Source: Schizochytrium sp. TIO01
Lineage: Eukaryota > Protista > Bigyra: Labyrinthulomycetes
Direction of reading: 5' to 3'
DNA: 64,000 bases
NCBI GenBank assembly: GCA_004764695.1
Contig: SMSO01000014.1
Span: 5,880,029 to 5,944,028, forward strand
Part shown: positions 23,546 through 36,933 of the stretch, piece after piece
Layout of the letters: the number at the start of each line of letters is the position of its first letter
Numbering within the stretch: position 1 is the first letter of the stretch
The notes under the pieces: model-generated
Seen by the model: only the letters and a program-made list of their open reading frames with translations
Told to the model about the DNA's origin: nothing
Databases searched by the model: none
Made by a program: the position numbers and the translations under genes

Positions 23546-25180
23546 TTACGCAGAAAAGCGGGTGTCCTTGTTGAGTGCGCGCTGGATAGACTTGAAACGA
23601 GACTTGACACCGTTCTCAGTGCGTCCAGGCAAACTGCGCTTAATCTCAGCCCACTTGTTGCCAATCTTGGCGTGGAGGCCGAGGAGGATGTCATCTTCCT
23701 GCTTAGTCCAAGGTCCACGGTTGATGGAGGGGTCGAGGTTCAGGTGCCAACGTTCTCTGCACTGTTTTGCAGTGCGGCCCGGGATGTGTTCTGCAATCTT
23801 GGTCCAAGACTTCTCCTTGCCCTGCGCCTCGAGGAGCATAAGCAACTTGTCGTCTTCCTCCTGAGACCACATACCCTTGATGAGACCGGGCTGGAGCACC
23901 TTCTTCCACCTCTGGAGGCACTGCACATGGTTGCGTCCTTCAACGCATTGTGCGATGGCCTTCCAGTTCGAGCTCTTGTACTTGTTTACAGCCTTGCGGA
24001 GCTGCTCGTCCTGCTTGGGAGTCCATCTCTTGCCTGCAACTTTGGAGCTACCGGCACGCAGAGCAGCGAGCGGGTCGCGGAGGGAGCCTGGGGCAGGAGC
24101 GTAGGGCAAACGCGTGCCAAGTCGAGCAGCGGCGGCTGCCACTGCAGGGGGTGCTTGGACAAGGCCAGGAGGCAAGGATGACACGCAGGAAGAAGTTTCT
24201 GAGGCCGCATCTTGCTCGTGTTGGATCGCACGCGCACTTGTTGGTGAGATGCTGTTTTTGGCAACGAGGCTGCGGTTTTTGGCGTGAGAGAGGCTCGGGG
24301 TTGCAAAGCCAGGGGTGGCGTGGTGGCCGAGGTTGCTGCTGATGGCTCCAAGACGAGCGTGCTTGAGCACAGGGTTAAGAGCGACGCCGTGGGCAATACC
24401 GTCTTCAAAGATATCGTCGTGAATGGCCTTACGTTTGAGCGGCTTGTTCTCGTGAGCGAGGTCTGCGATGATGGACTGGAAGCCATCGTCAAACGCCTCA
24501 AGTCCGTGGGCGCCGAGGGTCTCGGCGTCAACGAGAGGAGCTGCGTCAGTGTAGTATGTGTTCTGGTTGGAGTGCTCAAGGCCAATGGAGACGGCGTTGG
24601 AATCATTGTGATCGAGTTGGATTGCGTTGAGGTTCCACAGCTCGTCATCGAAATCGAGCGAGTTGTTTTGCTGGTGGTGGACTCCGGCGGGGGCCTGAGC
24701 ACGGAACTCGTGGGCAAAGATATCCGGGTGGATCTCGACGCCATCGTTGTGGTGCTGATGAAGGAGCGGCTGCTGCTGCTGATGTGCGTGCTTCAGCGGG
24801 AGCGGCGCGATAGTGTTGTGAAATGCAACGTCGGTGTTGCGCTCGTAGTATGTGGGCATGTCTGCCGCGAAGTATGAGTCATCAAAATCGAGGGGAACCT
24901 CCTGGCCGTCTGAGATTGGGAGACCTTCGTGCTGGTGGTGCTCCATCATAGAGGGCAATGGTGAGATGTGAGCGTCGTCGAAGAAGCGTGTGTCATCGAG
25001 GTTATGGTTTGCGATTTTCAAGGCAGGTGGGCGGTGCTTGGAGAGGTTGCTGGTGTTGGTGCCAGCGGCAGCTCTCCTCCTGGTCACCATACCTTGCTGC
25101 TCGCTCAAGAGCTGCTTCTCTTTGTCTGTCATCACCACGGCTTGTGGCGCAATGGCCATTTGTTCTGTGATGAGCTGCAT
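23546..25180 (-). CDS. R1R2R3 (3R) MYB transcription factor with C-terminal DNA-binding domain
   Basis: First in-frame ATG at 25180 (the track starts at GTG 25276; an upstream exon is possible). Three Myb repeats: KRWTPKQDEQL..NWKAIA..GRNHVQCLQRWKKVL; KGMWSQEEDDKL..SWTKIAEHIPGRTAKQCRERWHLNLDP; RGPWTKQEDDILL..GNKWAEIKRSLPGRTENGVKSRF. The N-terminal part is acidic and His/Gln-rich. Confidence 0.93.
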   Translation of the reverse strand: MQLITEQMAIAPQAVVMTDKEKQLLSEQQGMVTRRRAAAGTNTSNLSKHRPPALKIANHNLDDTRFFDDAHISPLPSMMEHHQHEGLPISDGQEVPLDFDDSYFAADMPTYYERNTDVAFHNTIAPLPLKHAHQQQQPLLHQHHNDGVEIHPDIFAHEFRAQAPAGVHHQQNNSLDFDDELWNLNAIQLDHNDSNAVSIGLEHSNQNTYYTDAAPLVDAETLGAHGLEAFDDGFQSIIADLAHENKPLKRKAIHDDIFEDGIAHGVALNPVLKHARLGAISSNLGHHATPGFATPSLSHAKNRSLVAKNSISPTSARAIQHEQDAASETSSCVSSLPPGLVQAPPAVAAAAARLGTRLPYAPAPGSLRDPLAALRAGSSKVAGKRWTPKQDEQLRKAVNKYKSSNWKAIAQCVEGRNHVQCLQRWKKVLQPGLIKGMWSQEEDDKLLMLLEAQGKEKSWTKIAEHIPGRTAKQCRERWHLNLDPSINRGPWTKQEDDILLGLHAKIGNKWAEIKRSLPGRTENGVKSRFKSIQRALNKDTRFSA

Positions 25181-26650
25181 CTTAGTTGCTTGTGCCCTTG
25201 GTGTGATTTGCTTCTGCTTCTGCTGCACTAGTAGCTGTAGCTGTTCTTGTTGTTGTTTTGTCTTCGTCGAGGTCACGCACGCTGTCTCGAGTTCTTGTTT
25301 TGCTCGAGGCTAATGGATGACCAAGTAGAGTTTGTGTTTTGGTTTCTTAGTTTCTTGCTTTCTTTTGTTTGCTCTTGCTGATTTCTTTCTGCACTTGGTG
25401 GCGGGAGCGCTGCTCGAGTTGCGGGTTTGCTGGAGTCTGATTGGGTGTTTGTTTATTTGTTTGTTTGTTTGATTGTTTGTTTGTTTGTTTGGCAGAGGTC
25501 GCTGTCTCCTCGATTTGCTTTTGGTGCTTTCTTTCTTTCAAGTCCTTTTTTCCTTTTACTTCCTTTTATACTCTTTTTTGTTTTTATGAGTCGCGGTTTG
25601 CGAGCGTTCTCCTCTCTACAGGAATCGCAGGATTCTTTTAACTTTCTCCCTCTCAAGTCAATTAGGTAATTGACTCGCTCTTCCAATTATTCTCTTGAAA
25701 CTTCCCGCTCCAGGAAAGAAATGTTTTCTAAATAAATCAGTTTCCTTTTTGCTTTTCCTTTTAATCTCACATCAAGGCGCTTATGCAGAACATTAAACTA
25801 GAAAACCAGTTTTTTTAATCTTAAAAGTAGAATGAACTAGTGAATATATTTTTGTTTGGAGCGTGTAACTTGAGCTATGCTGTTATTGTTCAAGTCAAGT
25901 TCACGTCATAAAAACTAAAGCGTTTCAATTTCTCTTTCAATGTCTCCAGCTGTTTTTCTTTTTAAATTAAAACAAATATATACTCAAGTTATTATTATTA
26001 TTTTATTTTAAAATAAAAAGTAAAGAACATAGATAGTTTCGAATTGATATGATGATGTATGTATTCGGGACACTCAAGAAAAGAGAATTATTCTTTTCAC
26101 CTGCCAGAACTTTAAAGAAAAAGAAAAGAAAAAAAAACAGCACGCTGCTTTAAGTTTCGGACTTCTTTCGTCTGTTGTACTTCATAATAGGCATTATGGC
26201 GGCTCAAAGTTGATTTTCAGCTGAATGGAATGATGAAAAGCTCAGTAGTACTTCTTCTTTATTCTTCGCAGACTCCATTCGACGATCAATCAAACCTGAA
26301 AGCTCAATGGTTATAAAAGCCTATGTCTCAAGTTGTTTCTTCGCTGTGCGTGCAGCACAGGCCTCGACGTGACTCGGGTACCAAGTTGGTTGGCATGATA
26401 GCTTTATTAATACTTGCTGCTTGAGAAAAACGCTCCATGTTCCAAGCAAACCGCGGCTCAGCAGAAGGAAACGGGGGCGTCTCCGTTTCTTCAGGCTTGC
26501 TCCCGCGAGTTTGTTTCTCCAACACGAATGCAAGTTCTCCTGTCTTCGGGAGCAAAGAAACCACCAAAAGCCAATAAAACATCAAAAAACAAATCACCTC
26601 TCATTCACTACTGCGTATTTTTTATGTCCGTGGCTTTCCAAACGAAACCA

Positions 26651-26816
<166 letters not shown>

Positions 26817-27261
26817 CTCCTGCGGGTCCAAAGAAAAGCTTGCAGAAACTTTAAGAAAAAGAAAAAAGGTTTCTTCTCCTTTTCTTCTCTGCTTCTTCAA
26901 ACCATCTCCAAGTCTTTGAAACAGAAACAGTTAATTTTTTTTCAATCTTTAAAAATCAATTTAGTTATTATTATTAATATATATTTTTTAATTAAAAAAT
27001 TAGCAATATTTTAAGGCTTTAGTTATCACTTAAGAACCGATTGTTGTTGCGAAAATGTTCAATCATGCCATGTCACAGATAGGAAAGAATCGCGAAGGAT
27101 TCATTGATGGTGGCGCTTCTGCAGGACTCCACCCTCTTCTCCACCCCGTGGAATCCCCATCGTAACTCTTTCTTCTCCAGTCTTCACAACAACTCCACTC
27201 CGCTCCACCTCTCACACTCAGCGCAGTTCACAAACACGCCATGAGCGGCAGACGTCTGATC

Positions 27262-27330
27262 GCCGATTGGCGTTGAAATGAGCGACGCCCATTACATTTA
27301 CCAATGCGGTCCGTCGCGCTTATTGGTGCA
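27262..27330. promoter_or_regulatory. Possible CCAAT-box cluster upstream of the MYB gene
   Basis: GATTGG (27265), CCAAT (27301) and ATTGG (27322) in a GC-richer patch; another GCCAATCA near 27583. No TSS evidence. Confidence 0.2.
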
Positions 27331-27363
27331 ACGAAGATGGCGCCCTTTTCCTGTTTCGCTCTA

Positions 27364-27480
27364 TGATTGACATTGATTGATTTACTTATTGATTTATTTA
27401 TTGATTGATTTGTGGATTGATTTATTGATTTATTGATTGATTTGTTGATTGATTCATTGATTTATTGATTTATTGATTGG
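27364..27480. repeat. Degenerate (ATTG/ATTT)n microsatellite
   Basis: Mixed gatt/tatt units. Confidence 0.85.
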
Positions 27481-30400
27481 CTAATTATAGAGCGACATGT
27501 ATAAATCACCCCTCAAATCGCTCTTCTCGTCGAGTTTCGCCTCAAACTTCGGCGGCGACGCTGCGATTCCTCGTGAACCAGAGCCAATCAGGCACAGGCG
27601 GCGCCTATATCGCGAGTGCCTTCGATGGCGGGCGGTGGAGACGCGGAGAAAGGCCGCTGATGCTGCAGAGTTTAATTTATTCTCTTCGGGAACGATTCGG
27701 CAGAAAGAATGCCAAAAGAAGTAGAAAATGCAAAAAAACAGACAGAAATACAGAAAGAATGAATGCATGAATGAATGATTGAATGATGAAACGACGAAAT
27801 CGTGAAACTACGAACCAAAGTGGACGATTCCTATGTCTGTCATTCGCTGCTGAGGCCGTGGAAGCGAATGGTGAGCAGACGTGTGGCCTTGGGGAGCAGT
27901 GGCTGAGAGCTCTCGTTTTCAGCCAAACTGCATCGAAATTCAAGAACACCTCTTCGATTGTGTTTGATTGAAGAAGAAGCCAAAGAGAAGAAGACAAGAG
28001 CTGCTTATTAATTACAGGTGAAACCAAAAAAGGAGCGCCATGCTATTTCTTTCTCAATTCAACTTCTTTCGTTTCATTTTCCTTTTTCCTTTTTCAACGT
28101 TCTTGCTTTTCTTTTTTGACTAATTATGACATAAAAAGGAGAGAGAATCAGGGCTGGCGAAGAAGAGACAGAAGACACTGAGTGGGTACATCATGTTTCA
28201 ACGAGAAACGATCAATCAAAAGAACTCTGTTGTATGGTGTCGCTGTTTTTAGTTTTTCTGTTTCATCTCCCTTTTCATGAAACAAATGTAGAATCGCCAC
28301 TTCAATTAAATAAAGAAATAAATCTCATAAGCAGTACCAGAAGGTACTCTGCTTCTCTATTTCAATCTTTTAAAAAAAGAAGAAGAAGAATAAAAGAAAG
28401 AGATAGAAGAATAAAAGAGTGAAAATTGAAAAAAATAAAGAAAGAAAGAAAAAAAAAAGGAAGAGAGACTAAGCAAATCTTTCAGTTTTTCTTTATAACC
28501 ATAAAATAAAACATAGTAAAAATAAAGCAAGTTGAACTTGGTTTATACTTGACATAAAAGTGAACCAAAGAAAACAGCACTTTATGCATGCATATGAGAT
28601 CAGAAGGCGTAATTTGTGTATCCATGTCCACGATGAAGAGTGTAATGAGCTTTCTTCCTCCTTTTCCAGAGGCTCGAAGTGATGAAATAGTAAACTTTTT
28701 ATGTATTTTAGATCCCTCGCCCGAGGAGGTTTCAAAGAGTGCCGCTCGTTTTGCTTTGTACGGGATAAAAGGGAATGGAAATAGGGCCACAGTAGCTGTC
28801 TGCGGGAAACAACGAAGTCGGTTCCCACTGCAACTCATAAGGGAATTCACCTCTCAACCTTTCCCAGTGGTTCTGTGAGGAAGGCGCGCTTGTTGCAGGC
28901 AGTTCCTTGCCACCATCAAGTTGATTGAGAGGGCGAAATGTTGTGCGGCTCACGCCGCCCACAGTGCCAGCTGCGGGCCCCCTTCAGATCGAGTGCTATT
29001 CAACCCCTTAATCGATTGTTTTGAATATCACTCTCTCATCTTCGCTTGAAACTTGCTTATTGTTCTTGTGAATGAGGGTTCTTCTGTTTAAAGCGGCACT
29101 CCACAAACTTGATTCAAGCAGCCGCTTGACAAGAAGAATAGAGTCCTTGATCTCCTCTGAGTCTCTCCAATTAACAAAGCAGATCTTCACAGCCACCTAA
29201 CCCAAATAATCTATCGTTTCATCTTTCTTTTCTTCTCTTCTCTCTTCTTTTCTGCTTATAAAAAAAGATGAACAAGAAGAAGGAAGAACTTCTTCCCATC
29301 TACCAGTCACTTATTGGCGTCTAGTACTTTTTCGGACAATCCACTTACCACTATACTTAAGCTATCCTACCGATGCTCGCTGGAAGCCGAACGGTTGCTT
29401 CTAGCCACTTGCGGAAGCACCCCGCAGCCAACTTGCCAGCCCCTCTCAACCCCACTGCCTCTCCTGCATTCCAGTGTTTCTCAGAGGAGACCGAGGCCTA
29501 AGCCTGCCCCACCAGGAAAAAGAGCGAAGCGGGAACCGCGGCTCCCGGGAGGAGACTTCATCGCGCGGTCCCCATCCGCAGTCTCACAAGGTAATGAAGA
29601 GAGAAGGGCGACTAGAACACGCTTTCAAGAGAACAGAACAATGGGCTATGCCTGCATACTTAGTTATTAGTTAGTTAGTTAGTTAGTTAATGAGTGAATA
29701 GTTAACTAACTAATTAATTCGCAAAGAGAAGTGAAGGAAGAAAGAAAGCAAGCAAGCTAAGGGAGACCTCTTTGAACAACGCGTAATTCGCTGTTGGTGA
29801 GTGATGATAGCTTTGCCTAAGAAGGGCAAGGAGAGAGGAGGAGGCAGGGAGGGAGGGCTTATTATGCAGAAGCCACTTCTCCACAACCGCAAAGCCGTCT
29901 CTCCCTCCCAAGAAATCCATGATTCCTTCGCTGTCTCTTTGGGCTCTCTTTGTTTTTTTCTCTTTGTTTTTTCCTTTCTTTCTTTCTTCGCGTTCGATTT
30001 CTGCGCTCGCCTGCTTGCTTGCGAACTGCGCTGTGATTTGCAGTCTGCGGCTTCGATGGCTTCTGAGCAAAAGGCGAGTTCGCTCGAAGGATGGACCAAA
30101 CAAACCGATGAGTGAACAGCTTCTTTCACGCGATTATCTTTGTTGGCTTATTCATTCATTCGCTGCTTTGATTTCTGCATTGCTCCGTTTTATGATTAAT
30201 TACTTACTTTGTACTTAATGAAACACACGAATGAATGAATGAATGAATGAATACATAGACAGATAGAATCTGCTGATCTAGATTTTTTAAGCTGTAAAAA
30301 GAACACCCCTACTGGCGACCAGTGTTTACGTCTAGGACTTGCTGGGGGGGAGCTGCGTCGGAGAACACAGGTTCTAAGTTACCTTGTAGCCTAAACTGCA

Positions 30401-31899
30401 GGAGTGGCGTCAGAGGGGTGTTCCCTCCCTTGTCCAGCAGAAGGCGCGTCAAGCGACCATGCTGCAAATCGAACAAACCCCTTGAAACAGACAGACAATC
30501 CAATCAAAGAACAGTGATGAAGAAGAGCTGAGCGTGACAAGACGTCGCGTCGAAGACAGAAATTACAAACTCTTCTTCTTCTAAGGCCCCGTGCTGCGCG
30601 AGAGATCTTCTTGGGCGACAGCGGCAACGGCGGTCTTCCTCTCCAACAAGTGCCTCCTTTTTCAAGATTCCTCCCTCTCTTCGAAGCCAATCTCATACAT
30701 ACATACATACATAAATAAACAAATAACTTGAAATATATAAATATATAATTAATTAATAGACCATGCAAAGGCAGCAGAGCCAAAGATCATTGTGGAGAAT
30801 AGTATGTAATGAATAAACAAACATGCATGCGCAATAAAAAGAGAATCAAAGATCATTCATTCACTGTGTTCTGTCCTGTCACATTAGTCCTTCGGGCAAT
30901 AAAAGCGCCCAACGAATCATCATTCATTCATTCATTCATTCATTCATTCATTCATGCATTGATGAGTCAACTCGCGAACTTGACGGCGTAAGCTCGAGAG
31001 GCCGTGGCCTCCGAACGAGGGCCTTCTTCGCACAATCTTCTTCGATGGGTATGGGCGTCTGGCTGCTCCAGTCCTTGCTCAGCGTCCCAGTCCGTCAAGT
31101 TCTTCTTCTTCTTTCTCCAACACGGAGAGAGAAACAGAGACTGAGCTGAGAGAGCGCGAGGAATGGAAATATCTGTCCTGAAAATATCCTCAAAACAGCC
31201 ATCCTTCGTCGCGGTCCTAACCTTCCTTTCACAGAGCGCGTTGATTGATTGATTGCTGTTTATATATTCATAACGTACTTTGCGCCTGTGTTTACGCAAT
31301 TATTCGTTTCTGCTTCCTTCTTCTCGCCTCATTAAATCCACAACGTGCGAATGGAAAGAAAGAAAGAAAGATAGAGAGATAGATAGATAGAGAGAGATAG
31401 AAGATAAGTAAGATTTGGGTCCTCTTCGAGTTCTCTCATCAACTCATAGAAAGAACGCAGGAAAGAAGAACCAAACAAAGAGAGGACGTGACTTGAAGCC
31501 GTGTTTTTATCCGTCGCTTCAGGTACGCGACGGTTCACCTCGCGAAGAGATGGGCGGAGGACCTCCTTTCTTATGCCTTCCTGCAGTAGCAGAGACTCAA
31601 GATTGGCACCATCGAAGTCCATCGTCGAAGAAGCGACGATGAATCCGCGGTCTTTCTTTGTTGTCTTAGTTTCGTTTCCTTCTCTCCATTTCTTTACCCT
31701 TCCTTTTGGGTCTTATCAATAGCGTAACTAGTGCTACCCGGGTACCTCTTAGAGGTAGCTAGCTATAACTAGGTACCCTCGAAACTTCAAGCATCGCCCC
31801 ATTCAACAAAAAGAGTCTCTTCGCGTCTTACTAGCGAATAAGCTACCACCTCGCTACCACCTCCTTCCTTCCTTCCTTCCTTCCTCCTCAGGTCCCGAA

Positions 31900-31960
31900 T
31901 AATGAATGAATGAATGAATGAATGAATGAATGAATGAATGAATGAATGAATGAATGAATG
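31900..31960. repeat. (AATG)n microsatellite
   Basis: About 15 aatg units. Confidence 0.95.
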
Positions 31961-32104
31961 CAGGTTTACTTACTTATTTATTGAATATAGCTTTCTCTTT
32001 CTCTCGCAAGCGCATGATTCTTTCTCTCGAAACATTTGGTTTGAAAGTTTATGCGCAAGAGAAAAGGCCAAGTTATTATTTTAGTTCAATTTATAACAAA
32101 GAAT

Positions 32105-32160
<56 letters not shown>

Positions 32161-32161
32161 A
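32105..32161. repeat. (AAAG)n microsatellite
   Basis: About 14 gaaa units. Confidence 0.95.
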
Positions 32162-33239
32162 GGGCGGAGGACAGAAACTGCACGGGGGACAGGCTCCGTA
32201 TGTCGAAGAGGCGATACAAGGAAAGAGCGGTCTGGGTTCCGGGTTCACGTAGCAGTGCGCTATGTACTTAGTAGGCCCCTGGGTGCCTAGGCAGGAGCTA
32301 GGTATCTGGCTAGTATGGGGCCACGACGCAAGAAAGAGCGAGAGGAAGAAAGAGATAGGATAGAGAAGGGCTCTCTCTGTAAACGACTGAGATTTGACCT
32401 GTTTATGAATAAATAGATTGGTTTTTTAATTTATTTGTTTATTCACTGATGTATTTTGTGATTTTTTGGCTTTTGGCCATTTTTGTTGCGTAACACGATT
32501 GCCGTTCGCTATTTCCTTGCGAGCTGTCGTCATGCAAGGCAGAGCAGGACATTGCGTGCATTGCGTTTGGACCGATCGATGGGAAGGCTCGCAGTTTCAG
32601 AGATTCGCGTCACGTGAGCACCACATTGGCCAAGGAGGAGGAGGAGGAGAAGAAGAAGAAGAAGCAGCTGAAGACGCTTCTCTTCACCCATGAGTTCTGT
32701 TTCTCCTCATAAACAGAAAGAAAGGTAAGTTCCATCGCTATCCTTTCAACTTAAAATTTAAAAAATGACTAGATTCTCCACTCCCTAATTATTTATTACT
32801 TTATTTTATTTATTTTATTTTATTTCAAATCTTCCGCCATCAGCAGCTGTTTCCATTATCCTAAAACTAAACTAAAATAAAAACAATCGCTTACTGGTTT
32901 ATAAATAATAATAATAAACAAGGCTCTTTTCTTCTCCTTCCCCTTTGGACTCAGCGGTCGCTGATTTCCCTCCCACTTAACTCATCGATGGATTGTTTAT
33001 TAGCCCCTCACCTGCCACGTCAGTCATGCATGCATCCATGCATGTGTGAGTAGTGGGTGAGTGAGTGAGTGAGTGAGTGAGTGAGTGCATCAAACAGTAG
33101 AAAAATAGAAGAAAGCAAATGCATCGCTCGTTCGCAGACCTCCCGGCCGTGGCTGGGGCATGGCTCAGCTCAGCTCAGCTCAGCTCAGGCTTACTTAGGC
33201 TTACTTAGGCAGCATATTTCACTCACGCACTTGGTTTTC

Positions 33240-33305
33240 TTTGTTTGATTGTTTGTTTGATTGTTTGTTTGATTGTTTGTTTGTTGATTGTTGTTTGTTT
33301 GTTTG

Positions 33306-33353
<48 letters not shown>
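33240..33353. repeat. Compound (GTTT/GATT)n microsatellite
   Basis: gttt units grade into gatt units. Confidence 0.9.
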
Positions 33354-33354
<1 letters not shown>

Positions 33355-34084
33355 GCTTCAAGCTGTAGGCCATTCAGAACTCCATTGAAGGAGAGCCCCT
33401 TATTCTTCTATCTTCAGAAAGACTTGAAGGGGAAAGGTGGTTTTAGTAAAGATTGTTTTTACTTTGAAACTTACATAGGAAAGTGGCTCTATCTTTTGTG
33501 GTGTCTGTGTGTCAGAGCCCATTGGGGCTTTTTTAGTCACGTTTTAATTAGTTTGTTTTAAACCGGGGTAATTTTTAATATGATGTAACAGAGGAAGTCA
33601 TTTTCATTTTCATGGGGACTTTTGAGTGTTTGTTTGTTTTGTTTGTTTTGTTTGTTTGTTAATTTGTTTATCTCTTTTCGCTTTTCTCTTTTGTTTCTCT
33701 TTTGTTTGTCTGTCTGTCTGTCTGTCTTTCAAACGAACGAATGGATTCATGTTCGCTGATCGATTGATTAATTGGTTGATTGATTGATTGATTATTGACG
33801 TATTGATTGACTATTGATGTATTGTTTGATGCATTAATTGATTAATTGGTTGATTGGCTGATGTATTGATTGCGCTGTCTTCTGCCTTCGGTGCCATCTC
33901 GGCGTGCACAGAGCGGTGGCTCCGACGTGGGGAAGTGGTCGCTGCGAGATTTGCTCTGGCGCTGCGGAGTCTCAGTCAGTCAGCACTTGGAGACAGCGAG
34001 CGCTCTGAGAGGCGAGCCAAAGGGCCTTTCTTCTGAGCCAAGTCAAACAAACATACACTTTAGACTTCGAAATAGATAGATACA

Positions 34085-34118
<34 letters not shown>

Positions 34119-36790
34119 CATAGTATAGATAGATAGATAGGCAGATCCATGACCTCTTTCGTTCATCCCAGTTGCGCCTAAGTAACGCCTATCAGGCAGA
34201 CCTCAGGTGCCAAGCAGATAAAACGTCTGCTTTCCTTCTCAAAGAAGCCAATACGTCGTTCATCACAAGAAAGAATGTGATTCGTAGTCAATACCTTCAA
34301 TTTATTGCGCATTGCTTCCGTTTGGACTCTCCTCACGGGGCACTAGCGGGGCCGGTAGGTATTCTTACCCTTAGGGACAGGGATATCCGTAATCCTAGCA
34401 ACGGAGGGCCTCGCTGTCCCCTCGGCTGTCTGTGGAATTTGCGATGCGATGCGAGCACCGCCGTTTGAAACCGGAAAGCGGCGACAGGCGCAGTCGGCGG
34501 CGCGGGTTTGCGATGGGAGGGAGCCGGAGAGCTCGTGGCTTGCGTTTAACTTGGGCTTGGAAGATAAACTGGTGTGTGTATGCAGATAGCTGTACCTAGC
34601 TAGAAAAGCAAGCAAGAATCTTGAAGATGGACGAGATGATCCACGGCTGTCCTCTGAAAGACCGACGAACAAACCGACAGACGGCAAGTCAGAAAAACAA
34701 ACACTCTCCCTTTTTTAGCTTTTCTGCGAAAGTGGCCCAGGGTTAGGAGAATCTATTAGGTATGTATAGCACTCAGGTGCAAAGAAAGGAGAGAGAAAAG
34801 GGCGATAAAGAGCGAGGCCCTCATGACAGAAAAGGTTTTCTTCGAGTTCTTTTCCTTTAACACAGCCAGAACTCAGCCGAGAGGGCCACGCACGAGCACC
34901 GGAAGAAGCATCAAGGAACGAGTGCAGCTCTCCTGTGGCCGCGTTATGCACTGTAGGTTTCTTGCAGTGTTGTTGCCTCCGGACACCTACTCGTACTCGA
35001 ATTCGCGCCACGAGCTCGTTAATTAGTGTCTGAAAATAATAAATATAACAACAACATTAACTCAGCGCTAAACTAGCGAGCTGTTTCCAGTAGCTGCCGT
35101 AGGCCCCCCTATACGAGTTTGTCTCCTTTGCTTCGCTGTAAACGCGGGACTTTAGAGTAGCGAGCGAATCAGAGAAAGCCTGTTTCTAGCGCGCGCTGTC
35201 TACTGACACCTGCACACTCGCAGAGTCCTCCCCTTTGCACTCGTGCGTATGCGCGGCTTGGAGAACTCCGAGGAGCACACCAGAAGTTTGCGAGGGACTC
35301 GTGTCCTCGCGCAGAAGAAAGAAAGCCCTCGCGCTTTATTTTTTAAACTTCATTTTTTAATTTTTTTTAATTTTATTATTGCTATTATTAAATAATAATA
35401 ATAAATAGATAAACAAATTACTTTTAATTTTAAAAAAAATAAAAAATATTCTGATTCTGGCGAAAGTAAGTTCTATGTCGTAGTAGTGCATAGCTAGGGC
35501 TAGGACTTTGATTCATTTTTGTGAATACACAACATCGTCATGAAAAGTAAATCTAAGGACTTGCAGAGTGTTTCTCTGTCACTTTCGAGACCCTCGCTTC
35601 GAGCTTATTTGCCAAAGACTCGGGTTAGATTGTTTACCAATCTCCTCTTCCAAGCCTTCCCCATAGATGTCTCAGGAAGAATGCTGCTCTCATTTCAAGC
35701 AATGAGCTCCTAATAAGTACGAGGTAGCCAGGCTTTTGTAGATTTGGGAGGGTGTCTGCTTCGGTGGCGGAAGCGGCCAATGAAGATGACGACAGGGGCG
35801 ACCCAAGGAAGCGAAAGGCTCGCAAAAGAGCAGATTAACTTTCAACCTCAAGTTCAATGCTATGCTTACTTCCAGCCTCAGCAGTGAGGACAGCATATCA
35901 TCCGCTCCCTTTTCTTCACAAAGTTCGCATCTATCTGCAGTAGCAGCATTTGCAGCATTAGCAGCAGCAGCGCTTCTTCTTCTTCTTCTTCAAGTTGGAC
36001 TCGAGGTTGGACTTCTTCGATGGTCCCGGCAAAAGTAAGGAAAGGACAATAAAGAGCGAGCGAGAGAATTAGTAGCGAGATCTCGAGACGCGAATCTTGC
36101 GCATGCATAACGGGAGTCCCGGCGCGTCTCGGCTCATGCCACGACCTGCCAAGGCTGGTGGCGCCCACGAAGGCTCCTGCATGAATCAATGAATCATGAA
36201 TGAATCAGTGAATGAATGCCGCATGAACGCTGCCTGCATGCTTGGGGCGGTTCGATGGGTGAGATCAAAGGCTCTAGCTCCTCGCAGTTTTCCTTTAGAG
36301 CGCCGCCACCGCTGCGGCGGGAGAGGGTTCGCCATGGAGAACCCAAATTCCGAAAGATCAAAGGGCGACGAGAGGGAGCGAACGAGAAAACTGCGACGCT
36401 GCTTCAGCTCGTATCTGCGGTTGCTCAGCAAAGAACCGCACGTTTCCCATCTCAGACCAATCAGCCAGGTACTCCAGGGAAACCAAAGGCGCCCGAAGCA
36501 AGTCCCGCGGCCGCACGCAGTCCGGGAGGAGGCGCGTGATGCGGCCAGTGGAGAGTCCCGCCACCCGCATTCGCCCGCAATCCTCACCGCACACAGCCTG
36601 CGCAGGGCCTGGACACCACCGGGGACATCTCTCAGCTCCCGCCCTTTGCCAGCGCGCGCTTGCAATTCCTCGCTTTCTGCTTCCCGTCCAATCGTTCTTT
36701 CGTTCCTTTCCCGTTCTATATGCTCCAGATGCGCCGCACAGCACCCCATTTTACCCTCGAGTTCGCTGGCCTGTTTATTCTTCTTGCTTG

Positions 36791-36933
36791 TTGTCATTGA
36801 GCTTGATTGTTATGGTGCATGGTTGTCATTGAGCTTGATTGTCATTGAGCTTGATTGTCATTGAGTTTGATTGTCATTGAGTTTGATTGTCATTGAGTTT
36901 GATTGTCATCGAGTTTGATTGTTATTGAGCTTG
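36791..36933. repeat. 16-bp minisatellite, ~9 copies
   Basis: Consensus TTGTCATTGAGYTTGA repeated in tandem. Confidence 0.92.

Noticed and set aside
23312-24877. 289-aa, 252-aa and 197-aa ORFs overlapping the MYB gene
   Set aside because: Alternative-frame or antisense shadows.
36186-36864. 203-aa and 222-aa opposing ORFs
   Set aside because: GC-rich patch bounded by repeats, open on both strands, no recognisable domain.
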